Below are positions 1 to 11,507 of a DNA stretch of 64,000 nt, one piece after another (positions within the stretch are counted from its first letter, which is position 1; the number at the start of each line of letters is the position of its first letter). Position numbers and translations under genes: made by a program. The stretch lies in the IMG/VR virus record IMGVR_UViG_3300032138_000942, positions 32,001 to 96,000 of that record; one strand, given 5' to 3'. The notes under the pieces were generated by a model that saw only the letters and a program-made list of their open reading frames with translations, did no database searches and had not been told where the DNA came from. The DNA is from a virus (Duplodnaviria; Caudoviricetes).

Positions 1-53
1 TCAACCCCACTAGTCGTGATTATATCTGCAGTAACTATAATAATACTAACTAA
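1..53 (+). CDS. 3' end of an upstream gene truncated by the window edge (…NPTSRDYICSNYNNTN*), probably baseplate region
   Basis: Open frame from nt 3 to TAA at 51-53, 11 nt before the next ATG. Confidence 0.55.
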   Translation, partial: NPTSRDYICSNYNNTN

Positions 54-64
54 TACTTAAACTA

Positions 65-3000
65 ATGTCCAAAGACAAAACTCCATATTTACCTTATAAA
101 ACCGATAACGGAGATTACGCTGTTAATCTCGCTTTTCTATGTACATCGGATTGGGACCGAATGTTCACAACGATGAATTCATCAAGCCCAATGTTGGACA
201 AGCTTCGATTTCACAATACGAGCATAGGAGAAGAGGGAACCAACACCGACAGGTGGATGGGCGTAAGCACTTCTCAGATACTGGGAGCAATAGGGTCAGC
301 CCTCTTATGTAATCGCTATGGAAAAGATTTTTACGATGTTTTCTCTTTGGGGGTTTCGGAAGAAAGGTATTTTCAACTGATGAAACAAAACTCTCCGAGC
401 GATATTACAACAATTTTTGAAAATCTTATACAGACGGGAGATTACCAACTGTCGGACACAAGAGAAAACTTTCCTCCTTATCCTAACAGTGTTTACTGGC
501 ACTTGACAGGGCCTCCTTCTGAGAAAGTTCTACAACGAAAGCCCGACTTATCAAATAAATTAGCCCTTATTCCAGACACCATGTATACAAGGGATGGATT
601 TCCACGAATTCAAGTTAAGTATTTGGGGATTAACCATGATCTAACAAAAGCCGCGTTGGCCACCCCAGGGGTGGACGATGAAGACCCAGACAACCTCCCC
701 CCTTTGATCGAGCTTAAGGCTTCAGTCTCCATTGTTCAGGTTATATATCCTAAGTTGGCATTCGAATCATTACCAGACGGAGACTTTTCACAAAAAATCA
801 GTATACTTGCCCAAAGCCAGATAAGTGGTTCGCCCATCTTTGAAGGAAGTCAAAAAACCCCATATGAGTTCGCTGGCATCCCCGATTTCGAAGAAAAAAT
901 GGAGGCAGTAAAAAATCTATTAGAATATTATCAAGAGGCTCAAACAGAAGCAGCACTCGTCTTCTCTGAGAGCGGCGCCCCTTTTGACTTCTTAGCTTAT
1001 CTGAGCCAAATAGACGAATTTAAGTCCGAAGTTAAAGAGCACTTTGAGATCAACGGGAAGAGCACTAATTCTTCTCAAAAGTTCCAAATCACGATGGCCG
1101 TTGATCTGAAGGTCGCTAACTACGCGATCGACGCACCCCTCCTTGTAACTGGTCGAAACCAGGACTTGGTTAAAAAAATAAACCAAGTAGGTCCGACCAG
1201 TCTAGAATATATAGATTTATTAGGGTCCTTACGAGAGGAGATTTCGAAAAATTATTTATATAAGGGAGCCTATATGCCAAGCGAGCCCGCCGGCCCCCAA
1301 GTCTCACACCAGCTTTTTGAAGATGGTAAGCTGAATCGAATTGAAAATTTATTTTCTCAAGAAATTTATACGAGATTTATAAAAACCTCATCAGGTTCTG
1401 GCCCAGCGATCTCCTGGCTTTCATCACTGATAAATTCCCTGGTTTACACCCAGGATTCAGAAGACAAGAAGGGGAAACTTCCCCCGCTTTATACTCCGTC
1501 TGCTTCTGGGCCGCCTTTGTCTTATAACCCAGATTCACTTGAGGACACCTTCCATCCCGGCACCCACGCAACTGCTGAGGAGATTTTCAGCACTACCACT
1601 TTTTTAAAAAGCGTAAGGGCTCAATACAGCACCCCAATCAAATACACTAATCCCCGTTTAATTTATTTCTTATATCACCTGAGATCACTGGTTAAAATGT
1701 CTGAAAAAACGTTTTCGGCCATTCACGGAGGTTGTGTGGCTGATATGAAGTCTAAAGCGGAAGCAATGAGGACAGCAGCTAAACTAATTTCCGATACGTC
1801 CACCATGACTCCCGCCCAATTGGCAGAGCAAGATCCTGGCCAAGCAGCCGCTGATGAATTAAAAGACGCCGAACTACAAGAGCCGCTTGATCCAAGTGTT
1901 TTCGCCAAAAGATATTTTCAGTGGCCACAGAGGGTCGACAATTCGTATGTTATCCCCTCCCGAGCATGGATGGTTCCGAACTCGCCACTGGTGACAAACC
2001 CTGAGACATATAAGGGCATCAGAGTTTCGCTCGTCGACGAACTATCCAACAAAGAAAAGATTAAAATTATAGAGACAGTTCGTAATCAACCCCCTCAGAC
2101 AACAGTTCCCGAGGTCCTGAAAAAGAGGCTGGCTCTTCAGGGGATCTCTCCGAACCGCCGGCTAACATCTCTTAGTCTGGGCGGGGCGTCGTCTTTTATC
2201 AACTCCAAGGGGGAGTTTGAGTTTAGTTATGATATAAATGACCTCATGGCAAAAAGAAATCGTAGTGCTGCCGATCAAATAGGGGATGAACTTTTCAAAA
2301 TCACGCCCCGAGCGCCAGCCAAGATTAGAAATCTTGATGATGCTTATAAATTTTTCTTGGCAAAGCTGGACTTAGCGTCTATTGCCCGAGAAGCCCTTAA
2401 ATGTACTTTTTTGAAGCACTCATTAGACGACGTAATCGAGATGATGTGTGATGAGTTACTGGAGAAGTTTTTCGGGATGTTTGGTTCAGATCCAGACGAG
2501 TTTGTTAAAGAACTTAACAGGATTAAAGCAAAGCAATATAAAGCAGGCCCTCTTGACTTAACATATTCGGTTCAACAAGTTTTAAAAGATCTGGAAGACA
2601 AATTCAGGGAATGGTCCCAGGCCCAAATGGTCCAAATGAGCGAGAATATAGTGGGCGAAAAAGCCGACGCTGTAGACAGCAGCAAGCCCCCTCCTGTCGG
2701 CTCCCCTTCGTTTTATGCCTCTGTTTCTTCAGGTTTTGACGGCAGCACGAAAAGAATGTTGTGTGAATTATTGATTGGAGGTGCAATGGGGGTCATCAAC
2801 TTGTTAGGCACCCTTTTCAAAAAATTGGATGAAACCCCGACAACCGAAGAGCTTAATCGTCCGGGAAACGAGTTAAAATTTAAAGAATGTGATTTTTCGT
2901 TAAGCTTGGATCTTCCCGACAGGCTCCCTCATTGGAGTAAAATCTTAGAGTCCATACTTGTTCAGGTTGAAGGGCTGGCCCGAGATTATGTGGAGCAATT

Positions 3001-6000
3001 TGTTATTATACCTTTGAGGAATAGCTTGTTAGAGATCCTCTCTTGTAATGAGTCTGATGACGCTTCCGTCGATGACTTCCTCGATGAATCCTCGCTGGAC
3101 GCCCTCTTCGGGGCACTTAGCACCGATCCAGAACTTACGAGACTGTTAAAGCTTTATGTTAAGGATGTGCTGGGGAATTTAACTATTTTAGAATCATGTG
3201 GCCTGTTAAAGGGAGAGCCGTCCACAAACGCCATGGGCGTGTGTTCTATGGTTCTTACTTTCGAGAAATATAGCACGAGTGAGCTTCAAACCCTTCTCAG
3301 CACAGAGGGTAACAAGATCAACTTCTTTAAGAGTATGGGAGAGAAAGCAGATTTTGAAGTGTGTAGAGTAATGGCCGCTATTGGCCAAACTTCTGATTTG
3401 TGCCGAGAATCGCCAAGCCCAAGTGTGGTGAGGCTGAGAACCATGTTAGCGAGCTATGGCTTTAGTCCGGAAGAAGTAGACTATCAAATGTCTTTGGAAG
3501 CCGAACAAGATAAGGCAAAGCTAAAGCACACCTTAACCGCCTTTTTCGGAAGTCCCGAGAACATCGTAAGCCCCTCACAAATTCAGGATATTGTTTCGAG
3601 ATCCGACGCCCTTACAAAGATAAACACAAAGGCCCTAAGTCAAGTGATGGACCCCATCAATATAGCAATGAGAAACTATGATTATAATGATTTCCAGACG
3701 GGATATCCTTATGTTGTGGGGCGAAAGCACCTCACTCAACTTCAAGATAATGTGGCCAATGACCCGTCTCAGTCAAACCAAGATGCCCTAGATAGTTTTT
3801 TGGCCGACCTTCAAAACAATGGGTGGACAGGAGCAACTCAGTTCATGAAACTCATTGGGTTATGGAAATATGATAAGCTCGAAGGGGCCAATACAGACGT
3901 TTCAGTAAGCATCCAAAAAAATAATATCTCCATAGACAATTATGATTATCACGAAGAAAAAGTTTTAGGCGACCCCGTTCAATTAGCTAATTCAATCTAT
4001 GGGCTGTCTCAAATCTCCGAATTCTTAGCAAACATTTACGGAAGTTCTTTTATTGACCCGTTTTTCAGCATTGACACCTCCCAACTGGATCCTCAGAAAG
4101 CAGATACTTATTCGGCCAATTTTAGATGGATTGGCGAAGGCGTAGCCGAGGTTTTTAAAAATTATGTAGCGTCCACTTCTGATGCCGAGACGACCGACTC
4201 TCTCGTAAGAAGCCTAACTCAGATGCCCTTTTCTGATTTTATTTTAGACGTGGACAATTTAAAACCCATAATATCCAACCTCAGTTCTCAAAATTTTAGA
4301 GAGTTGCCGGAAGGAGGTGATGTGCCCCCAACTCACCTTTATGATGCTGTGTTTGAAGGGGTGGTTGTTCTTTATACACGTATTTTTCTGGTTGAGCTTA
4401 TGCTAAGTGCCCCTTACATATATAAAGTTTTCTCCCCTGAACGAATTCTTGATTCTTGTATGGTTCGTGATTATATAGCAAAAGAGATGTATCCGGATTT
4501 AGGTGAGGGGTTCAATAAAATAAAAGAACAACTGGCAAGGATATCGGCAACTTATTTGGTTCCCAAGACGAATGTTAACATAAATTACGAAGCAAGCTTG
4601 GCTCAGTTAAATCAACTAAGTGCAGAGTTTTTCAATAAGCTTAAAAATACCCCATGTAAAGCCGTAGAGAGCCACCAGCAAGCAGTTCCTCTAAGCTTTG
4701 AGGATTCTCAAAAGGTCTTCAACTATGTGGATGCTGGAGATACGATGTTATTTCAAAATTCTTTGTTGGAAAATGAAGAAAAATTTGTTTTTGAAAAATA
4801 TTGTACTTTCGACAAGGTAAATATAGATCAGCTTACCTCCACTCAAGTTCAGGCACTTTCCAGCACGGGGATACTTAACACCCAGAATACAGCAAAACAA
4901 GTGCTCAGTGAAAAAGATCTGTTTAAAGTATATAAGATTCTTTATGATCAGACAGACTGGAGTTCAGAAAGTCACCGAAATTTAATTCCGCTGGGATTCT
5001 ATGTTGATGAAAGTACGGCGCCTGGGTGGGAGATAAGGAACGAAGCCGCCGAGGGCCGTAATAAAAACTTGTTTTATTCCCCCAATTTCCAAACTTATAA
5101 AATGTGGTATGGGTTGATGGCTCAGAAATATTTTAGAACCCTTATTCTGCAATTTGGAAATGGCCCTGTCGATCCCAAACCCAAGCCGGGTGTTGAAGGA
5201 GCAAAAGCTTGGCCCTCTTCTTGGTTTGAAATGATGCCTATTGAAGAATGGAAAGAGGGAGAAAGTGTATATGAGGCATATCCGGGTCACCTTCAAGATT
5301 TTGTATATGATCCTTCGATATCGGTTATAGGCAGCGGCCTTTCAAGCAAGGGCTTTTCAACACAGGCCATCATCGCTAAACTGCTGAATTATGAAACTTC
5401 GTTTTCAGACTTTATCGGGTATGAAGATTTGGACTCCCCAGATAAGCTGTTGGGAGAAGGCATCGGCCTCGGTCTATATGAGATACCCTACGACGCTTTT
5501 GCCACTCAGTTACAAAACCCCGGAGACCTGACGGAAGAGGAGTTCAACCTCGCCAAAGTCCAGATCGAAACACTTTATTGGCTTCCGCTTATTGGAGCGA
5601 CCAAGCTTAGTGAATTGGGGTATGATGTCGAAAGTATGTACGAATCTCTAAAGCCCCCACCGCCGACTCCCGAGCAGATAGCCGCCATGGAGGGAGTAAA
5701 AATAGCTGACATTCGAGATTTGTTCCTAAGAATAGAACGAGAGTTTTTCCCCGAGAGTAATTCAAGCATAAACAATTTTAAAGTTGAAATTCTTAAAAAT
5801 GTAGATGACGAATGGGATATGGACGGCCCAAGGGATAAAACATTCAAGAAATATTATAACCCAGAGGATTACACTCATAACGAATGGTATGCTGACCGAG
5901 AGGTGAAAGAAAAGTGGCTTTATAAAATGTTTTTCCCCAACTATTACAGGAGACACGACGGAGTAAACGTGGCCCCACGAGCAGTGTTCAGAACCGAAGA

Positions 6001-7603
6001 CTGGACCCAAGACGCCGATCTTATTTTGGAAGGGCCAATAAGCCAGCCCAGCTTCGACCCTGAAATAGCGATGACCACAAATCCAGTTTTCGTGAGAGAC
6101 TTTACTTACAAACACTTTAACGGTCTCGTTAAAGTAGGCGGCAACACGAAGGACATAGACGGAACAACGAAGGGGAGTGACCTCCCACAGATTCGGAAAG
6201 CCCCAGGCACCCCAGGTCGCCTTGTTGGTAAATTTATGTTTGACGAGATGTGGCCCGGAGGTTCGAAATATCTCCTTAACGAAGAAACTTCAACTAAGCT
6301 GATCACCCAAAACCAACCTCACTCCATGAGTTTATTAAGTAAAGAAGAATTTATATCTTCTTTTAATGAATACAGAAATTCTATTAATGAAATGTACGGA
6401 GAGCTTATATCAGCAGTAACCGATTCGGCACTTTCTTTTCTTGGTTCTGAGGGCACACCAGGCGAAGCCGCATCTATCGAGGGACATGGCATACCTACAA
6501 GCATTATTAAATTAGAAGATATCCCCAACACAAACTATATGAAAGCTATCGATGAAGAAGGGAATGAAAAGACTCTTTACTTCAAGCGGATTAACGTCAG
6601 AGTACCGACTCGATTGTTTCAGGAAAAGGGAAATGAGGACGGAGATTGGTTTAGTTCAAATGAGTTTCATCTGACCAAATCAGGAGTTTCTTACGTTGAC
6701 GACGCCGGGACATTATGCTTTATTGACACAAAAGTGATTCCAGTTATTCGAGTTTATTTAGTGGAGGATCCTTTAGAAGATTACACCGCTCTCCCATATT
6801 ACAATGGCAAATTTGAGCTTCAAAGCAGTTCAGAAAACATTTTAGCAGAGACAAAAATATGTGACATTTTTGAGAACTTCCGTTATGGCTTGAGGTTGTC
6901 ACTCCCAATTGCTCCCGGATTCTCAGGCGAGAAATCATTTGTGTGGCAAAAGAAAACCGAAGATGCTATTTTGTTCTCTTATGGTCTTGGTGTCGAGTCA
7001 GAAGTTAGATTGAGAGACATCTTCAGAGATGCCTTTAACGCTCCCAACGCTTATTTACAAATGTATTATCGAGAGAAAAAATATTTAAACGAACTTATTA
7101 GCGGAGCGGATACGATCACATTTGCCGAAGCTTTTAAAAACAATGAATATATTTCAGATGAGAACCCTGCTGTCCCAGGTCCCGCCATGTTGTTGCCTCT
7201 AGCATCTTATGAGTATTCGCTGGAAGATATAAGGAACTCCGAAAGTGGAATGCCCCTTAAAACAAATTATATGAAAGACGTGTTTAAGAATTTCCCAATT
7301 GAAGCCAATGCCTCCCCTCAAAGCAAGGTGAGCCCCTATTTGGACGCTTCCGAGACATATGGGGAAAAAATGGCATATGAGCTTTATTGTCGATTAACTC
7401 ACGACAATCCTGAATTGAAGAAACTATTTGCGGAAGGACTTAAAGTACAAAATATCGCCAGCTTCTTAACAATTCAAGCCAGAGCACAGCTTCAACTTAA
7501 TTTTGAACAGTATCAGGGGAAGGTTCCATTTAAAGTTACAAAAGATGCTTTACAAAATATTGTTGATTACATAATTAATAATAGAAATGGAGACGATATA
7601 TAA
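65..7603 (+). CDS. Giant hypothetical protein (2512 aa), probably virion/baseplate-associated
   Basis: Long ORF whose stop overlaps the gp25-like start (TAATG); no recognisable catalytic motif; function inferred from position only. Confidence 0.6.
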   Translation: MSKDKTPYLPYKTDNGDYAVNLAFLCTSDWDRMFTTMNSSSPMLDKLRFHNTSIGEEGTNTDRWMGVSTSQILGAIGSALLCNRYGKDFYDVFSLGVSEERYFQLMKQNSPSDITTIFENLIQTGDYQLSDTRENFPPYPNSVYWHLTGPPSEKVLQRKPDLSNKLALIPDTMYTRDGFPRIQVKYLGINHDLTKAALATPGVDDEDPDNLPPLIELKASVSIVQVIYPKLAFESLPDGDFSQKISILAQSQISGSPIFEGSQKTPYEFAGIPDFEEKMEAVKNLLEYYQEAQTEAALVFSESGAPFDFLAYLSQIDEFKSEVKEHFEINGKSTNSSQKFQITMAVDLKVANYAIDAPLLVTGRNQDLVKKINQVGPTSLEYIDLLGSLREEISKNYLYKGAYMPSEPAGPQVSHQLFEDGKLNRIENLFSQEIYTRFIKTSSGSGPAISWLSSLINSLVYTQDSEDKKGKLPPLYTPSASGPPLSYNPDSLEDTFHPGTHATAEEIFSTTTFLKSVRAQYSTPIKYTNPRLIYFLYHLRSLVKMSEKTFSAIHGGCVADMKSKAEAMRTAAKLISDTSTMTPAQLAEQDPGQAAADELKDAELQEPLDPSVFAKRYFQWPQRVDNSYVIPSRAWMVPNSPLVTNPETYKGIRVSLVDELSNKEKIKIIETVRNQPPQTTVPEVLKKRLALQGISPNRRLTSLSLGGASSFINSKGEFEFSYDINDLMAKRNRSAADQIGDELFKITPRAPAKIRNLDDAYKFFLAKLDLASIAREALKCTFLKHSLDDVIEMMCDELLEKFFGMFGSDPDEFVKELNRIKAKQYKAGPLDLTYSVQQVLKDLEDKFREWSQAQMVQMSENIVGEKADAVDSSKPPPVGSPSFYASVSSGFDGSTKRMLCELLIGGAMGVINLLGTLFKKLDETPTTEELNRPGNELKFKECDFSLSLDLPDRLPHWSKILESILVQVEGLARDYVEQFVIIPLRNSLLEILSCNESDDASVDDFLDESSLDALFGALSTDPELTRLLKLYVKDVLGNLTILESCGLLKGEPSTNAMGVCSMVLTFEKYSTSELQTLLSTEGNKINFFKSMGEKADFEVCRVMAAIGQTSDLCRESPSPSVVRLRTMLASYGFSPEEVDYQMSLEAEQDKAKLKHTLTAFFGSPENIVSPSQIQDIVSRSDALTKINTKALSQVMDPINIAMRNYDYNDFQTGYPYVVGRKHLTQLQDNVANDPSQSNQDALDSFLADLQNNGWTGATQFMKLIGLWKYDKLEGANTDVSVSIQKNNISIDNYDYHEEKVLGDPVQLANSIYGLSQISEFLANIYGSSFIDPFFSIDTSQLDPQKADTYSANFRWIGEGVAEVFKNYVASTSDAETTDSLVRSLTQMPFSDFILDVDNLKPIISNLSSQNFRELPEGGDVPPTHLYDAVFEGVVVLYTRIFLVELMLSAPYIYKVFSPERILDSCMVRDYIAKEMYPDLGEGFNKIKEQLARISATYLVPKTNVNINYEASLAQLNQLSAEFFNKLKNTPCKAVESHQQAVPLSFEDSQKVFNYVDAGDTMLFQNSLLENEEKFVFEKYCTFDKVNIDQLTSTQVQALSSTGILNTQNTAKQVLSEKDLFKVYKILYDQTDWSSESHRNLIPLGFYVDESTAPGWEIRNEAAEGRNKNLFYSPNFQTYKMWYGLMAQKYFRTLILQFGNGPVDPKPKPGVEGAKAWPSSWFEMMPIEEWKEGESVYEAYPGHLQDFVYDPSISVIGSGLSSKGFSTQAIIAKLLNYETSFSDFIGYEDLDSPDKLLGEGIGLGLYEIPYDAFATQLQNPGDLTEEEFNLAKVQIETLYWLPLIGATKLSELGYDVESMYESLKPPPPTPEQIAAMEGVKIADIRDLFLRIEREFFPESNSSINNFKVEILKNVDDEWDMDGPRDKTFKKYYNPEDYTHNEWYADREVKEKWLYKMFFPNYYRRHDGVNVAPRAVFRTEDWTQDADLILEGPISQPSFDPEIAMTTNPVFVRDFTYKHFNGLVKVGGNTKDIDGTTKGSDLPQIRKAPGTPGRLVGKFMFDEMWPGGSKYLLNEETSTKLITQNQPHSMSLLSKEEFISSFNEYRNSINEMYGELISAVTDSALSFLGSEGTPGEAASIEGHGIPTSIIKLEDIPNTNYMKAIDEEGNEKTLYFKRINVRVPTRLFQEKGNEDGDWFSSNEFHLTKSGVSYVDDAGTLCFIDTKVIPVIRVYLVEDPLEDYTALPYYNGKFELQSSSENILAETKICDIFENFRYGLRLSLPIAPGFSGEKSFVWQKKTEDAILFSYGLGVESEVRLRDIFRDAFNAPNAYLQMYYREKKYLNELISGADTITFAEAFKNNEYISDENPAVPGPAMLLPLASYEYSLEDIRNSESGMPLKTNYMKDVFKNFPIEANASPQSKVSPYLDASETYGEKMAYELYCRLTHDNPELKKLFAEGLKVQNIASFLTIQARAQLQLNFEQYQGKVPFKVTKDALQNIVDYIINNRNGDDI

Positions 7604-7998
7604 TGGCTTATGGAGTATCAGTTCAATTGCCGCTTTCTTTAGATGTGAACGACGGGGCGTATACGCTCAATAAAGATGTCAAACAAAGCGTCAAGCAAAA
7701 TTTTAAAAACCTTATTTTAACAGCACCCGGTGAGAGGATCATGGACCCAGGTTTTGGGGTGGGGATTAGAAACTATCTATTTGAGAATAGCGACGACTTT
7801 ACTTCAGATGATATTAAATCTAAAATTAATGAGCAGGTCGGCATTTATTTGCCATTCATTAGCATTCTCGAAATTCGAATTGCCAATGCTCAAAACGTAG
7901 CTCCTCTCTCTGATCTTGGACGAAACGAGATCCATGTGAGTATTGTTTACCATATAAAACAGCTTAACGCTTCCGATACATTAGACATAAAATTTTGA
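7603..7998 (+). CDS. Baseplate wedge protein, T4 gp25/GPW-like
   Basis: VKQNFKNLILTAPGERIMDPGFGVGIRNYLFE matches the gp25 family signature (LxTxxGER..P.FG); 131 aa; directly upstream of a gp6-like gene. Confidence 0.9.
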   Translation: MAYGVSVQLPLSLDVNDGAYTLNKDVKQSVKQNFKNLILTAPGERIMDPGFGVGIRNYLFENSDDFTSDDIKSKINEQVGIYLPFISILEIRIANAQNVAPLSDLGRNEIHVSIVYHIKQLNASDTLDIKF

Positions 7999-8037
7999 TT
8001 TAACTAATTATTTTGTGTTTTGGAGATAAATTAAGTC

Positions 8038-9870
8038 ATGGCTAAAAAAGATGTGCCCATAAGATATACGAGTAGAGATTACGATAGCATTAGAAATGAT
8101 CTTCTGGATCATGCGAAGAGATATTATTCTTCGAACTATAAAGATTTTAACGAGGCCACATTTGGGGCGATGATGGTGGATGCTGTTGCTTACATCGGTG
8201 ACATCTTATCGTTTTACACTGATTATCAGGCCAACGAATCCTTTTTTGACACCGCTATTGAATACGAAAATGTGGTAAAACAGGCTCGACAATTAGGTTA
8301 TAAGTTTAATTATACAGCTATAGCCACAGGAAAAATAGATATATTCTTGTCCATTCCAGCCAATAACATGGGGGGAATAGATTCTACATATTTGCCTGTT
8401 TTGAAGCGTGGAACAACTATGTCCGCCGGAAATAACACTTATACTTTAATGGAAGACGTAGACTTTGGCGATACTGATCTTATTTCTCAGGCTGTGGGGA
8501 CCGTTAATCAAACCACAGGCCTGGTAGAAACATTTGCTGTCCGAGCGACTGGGAGGGTCATTTCGGGAGAGCTATCTTATATGACTTACGACGTGGGAAA
8601 CTTTCGAAAGTTTCTATCAGTCGATATTGAGAATTCGAATGTAGTGGAAGTGCTGGAAGTCACCGATTCAGAAGGACACAAATATATAGAGGTCGAAAAT
8701 TTAGCTCAAAATGTGGTTTACAAGGCCATCAAGAGTAAGCGAACAGATAAAAACTTGGCACCCTATCTTCTTAAGCCCTTTATGGCGAGCAGAAGATTCA
8801 CCGTGGAAAAGTCACGATTTAAGACCACGCTCCAATTTGGTCATGGGTCTGATAGTGAAATCAAAAATCCTTCCGTAGCTGACCCAAGCGATGTGATTCT
8901 GGATGTCTATGGAAAGGAATATGTTTCGGACCCCTCTTTTGATCCCGCTAAGCTTAACTCGACTGACAAGTTCGGAATAGCTCCGGCCAACACCACCCTT
9001 TCGATCAGCTATCGGGTTGCCACGAGCGAGAATATGAACGCTGCCCCTGGAGCGATAACTCAGGTTGGAAATGCAGTTTTTGAATTTGATGTTAATCAAA
9101 CTTTAACTGGCCCTAACACCCAGTTGGTTCGAGGAAGTATTGAGGTAAACAATCCCGAAGCTATAGTGGGAGACTCTACTCTTCCCACAATCGACGAATT
9201 AAAAATGCTGGCCAAAAACCATTTTGCCGCCCAGAATAGAGCAGTAACTAAACAGGACTATATTAGTTTGACATATGCTATGCCAAGCAAGTTTGGCGCT
9301 GTAAAAAGAGCCAGCGTTGTTCAGGATACAGATTCATTTAAGCGAAACCTTAATTTATATGCTATTTGCCAAGACGTTAATAACAACTTGATTACGGCCA
9401 CTGGCACTATTAAAGAAAACTTAAAAACGTGGTTGAATAACTATAAAATGATTAACGACACGATTGATTTGTTGGACGCTCAAATTATAAATATTGGTAT
9501 TAATTTTTCCCTTGTGGGAGAAAGGAATGTCGACCCAACAGATCTTTTACTTTCATGCCGCTCTCAACTAACCCAATTATATGCCGAAAAGTTTAATATT
9601 GGAGAGCCGCTTAATATAGCCGAGGTTTACCAGACCCTTAATCGGGTAGAAGGGGTAATCGACACCACGGATGTCACGATAGTTAAGAAAACTGGCACCA
9701 ATTATGCTGACACCAAATATAATGTAGACGAGCATATGTCGGAAGATGGAAGGCTTTTGTTCGTTCCTCAAGATACAATTTTAGAAATTAAATTTATGGC
9801 ATCGGATATAGTCGGAGATGTGATTGGCAAGAACGTCGATGCCTTTAAATCCGGCGGAGGAACAACATAG
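8038..9870 (+). CDS. Baseplate wedge subunit, T4 gp6-like
   Basis: N-terminal YTSRDYDSIRNDL…YKDFNEATFG…ANESFFDTA…ARQLGY, plus LQFG and QNRAVTKQDY motifs typical of gp6/baseplate J. Confidence 0.9.
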   Translation: MAKKDVPIRYTSRDYDSIRNDLLDHAKRYYSSNYKDFNEATFGAMMVDAVAYIGDILSFYTDYQANESFFDTAIEYENVVKQARQLGYKFNYTAIATGKIDIFLSIPANNMGGIDSTYLPVLKRGTTMSAGNNTYTLMEDVDFGDTDLISQAVGTVNQTTGLVETFAVRATGRVISGELSYMTYDVGNFRKFLSVDIENSNVVEVLEVTDSEGHKYIEVENLAQNVVYKAIKSKRTDKNLAPYLLKPFMASRRFTVEKSRFKTTLQFGHGSDSEIKNPSVADPSDVILDVYGKEYVSDPSFDPAKLNSTDKFGIAPANTTLSISYRVATSENMNAAPGAITQVGNAVFEFDVNQTLTGPNTQLVRGSIEVNNPEAIVGDSTLPTIDELKMLAKNHFAAQNRAVTKQDYISLTYAMPSKFGAVKRASVVQDTDSFKRNLNLYAICQDVNNNLITATGTIKENLKTWLNNYKMINDTIDLLDAQIINIGINFSLVGERNVDPTDLLLSCRSQLTQLYAEKFNIGEPLNIAEVYQTLNRVEGVIDTTDVTIVKKTGTNYADTKYNVDEHMSEDGRLLFVPQDTILEIKFMASDIVGDVIGKNVDAFKSGGGTT

Positions 9871-9875
9871 TAAAA

Positions 9876-11507
9876 ATGAGTATTAAACGCTACATAGCTG
9901 ACGCTGACAACACAATTACGAACGCCTTTAAGGCTAGTCTTACCACTCGTGGAACAGGCTCTAATATGGGCGCCTCTGACGTTTTAGAGGTATTCTCAAT
10001 TTACGGACAAGTATCCAGTTCTGCGCCAGTTGGCTATACTGAGGAATTGGCGAGAATTCTCATTCGCTTTCCAGTTGATGATATCGCCACAGATCGAACT
10101 AATAAAAATATACCAGCCAGTGGAAATGTTTCTTTTTTCCTTAGAATGTACAATGCCAAACACTCTTTTACATTGCCCACTGACATGAAATTGGTTGTTG
10201 CCCCACTTAAGCAGTATTGGGAAGAAGGCTTCGGTCTGGATATGGAAGAATATACTGATCTCACATATGATGGCTCAGGGTCTAACTGGCTTAGAAGGGC
10301 CACCTCTTCTGCAGGAACCCTGAGTTGGGACGGGATCGGAGGAGACTATTACGATCATACCCATCTGGGAACCAACTACACCGTCAACTTTGCTCATGGG
10401 TGGGAAGACATGGAGGTGGATATATCCGGACTAGTTGAGGAGTGGATTGCTGGCACCAAAACCAATCATGGAATAATTATAAAGCTTACTGGATCACAGG
10501 AAGCCTTTTCGGACACCGAGAGTTCAACCGCTGTTCTCCTTAACGACACGGGCTCTAAACGATCTTACTATACTAAAAGATTTTTCGCTCGAACAAGTGA
10601 ATATTTCTTTAAGCGCCCTTGTATTGAGGCTCGCTTCGATGAGTCGATTAAAGATGATCGAGGAAATTTTTATTATAGTAGCTCGTTAGCACCAAAAGAT
10701 GATAATGTGAGTCACCTTTATCTTTATAATTACGTGAGAGGTAAACTGGCCGACATCCCAGGTATTTCTTCGGATTACAAGGGAGAGATCTATGTCTCTT
10801 TCTTCTCGGGGAATTTGGCCAACTCGGCAGCCACCGAGAAGGGAGGCCCCATTGAGTGTGTGGATACCACGGGGTTCGTAAACCAGCCGAATCCGTATGT
10901 CGTGTCAGGCGGCTATGTTTCTACTGGAATTTATTCTGCTTCAGTATGCCTCACGGCAGCATCCGATCCTTTAACACGGATCTACGATGTCTGGTTCACG
11001 GGCAGCATCCAGGTCGGAAACCCGACTATGGACAATGCTATAATTTTTAAAACAGGAAGTTTTGTGCCGAACATTTTGAGTAGTTCCCCCATTTATGAGA
11101 CACCTCGTTACAGCACTAAAATTACTAACTTAAAAACACTTTATGGATCTAATGAGAAGCCTCGTTTGAGAGCGTTTGTCAGAACCGTCGGAGAAGATTA
11201 CAATATTTACACCAGAGTTAACGCCGAGGCACAAAATACTATTATTGAAGACGCTTGTTATAAGGTTTACAGATTGACTGACGATTTAACGGCAGTAAGC
11301 TACGGAACCGGCTCCTCTCCTGGTGTAACAGGGTCAAAAGAAGATTATACTCGCCTTTCTTTTGACGTTTCAGGGGGGTATTTCGACTTTGATATGTCCC
11401 TCCTTGAAAAGGGATATGGTTATGGTATTAAATTCGCTTACTATAACGGAATAGAGTATTTAGAACAACCGGAGATTTTTAAATTTAGGATCGAAGACAA
11501 GTCATGA
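9876..11507 (+). CDS. Putative virion protein with DNRLRE-like beta-sandwich domain
   Basis: Pattern ADADNTI…N.G…ARILIRF…WEEG…W…DISGLVEEW…NHGIIIK…RP resembles DNRLRE/disaggregatase-related domains; lies in the baseplate cluster. Confidence 0.6.
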   Translation: MSIKRYIADADNTITNAFKASLTTRGTGSNMGASDVLEVFSIYGQVSSSAPVGYTEELARILIRFPVDDIATDRTNKNIPASGNVSFFLRMYNAKHSFTLPTDMKLVVAPLKQYWEEGFGLDMEEYTDLTYDGSGSNWLRRATSSAGTLSWDGIGGDYYDHTHLGTNYTVNFAHGWEDMEVDISGLVEEWIAGTKTNHGIIIKLTGSQEAFSDTESSTAVLLNDTGSKRSYYTKRFFARTSEYFFKRPCIEARFDESIKDDRGNFYYSSSLAPKDDNVSHLYLYNYVRGKLADIPGISSDYKGEIYVSFFSGNLANSAATEKGGPIECVDTTGFVNQPNPYVVSGGYVSTGIYSASVCLTAASDPLTRIYDVWFTGSIQVGNPTMDNAIIFKTGSFVPNILSSSPIYETPRYSTKITNLKTLYGSNEKPRLRAFVRTVGEDYNIYTRVNAEAQNTIIEDACYKVYRLTDDLTAVSYGTGSSPGVTGSKEDYTRLSFDVSGGYFDFDMSLLEKGYGYGIKFAYYNGIEYLEQPEIFKFRIEDKS

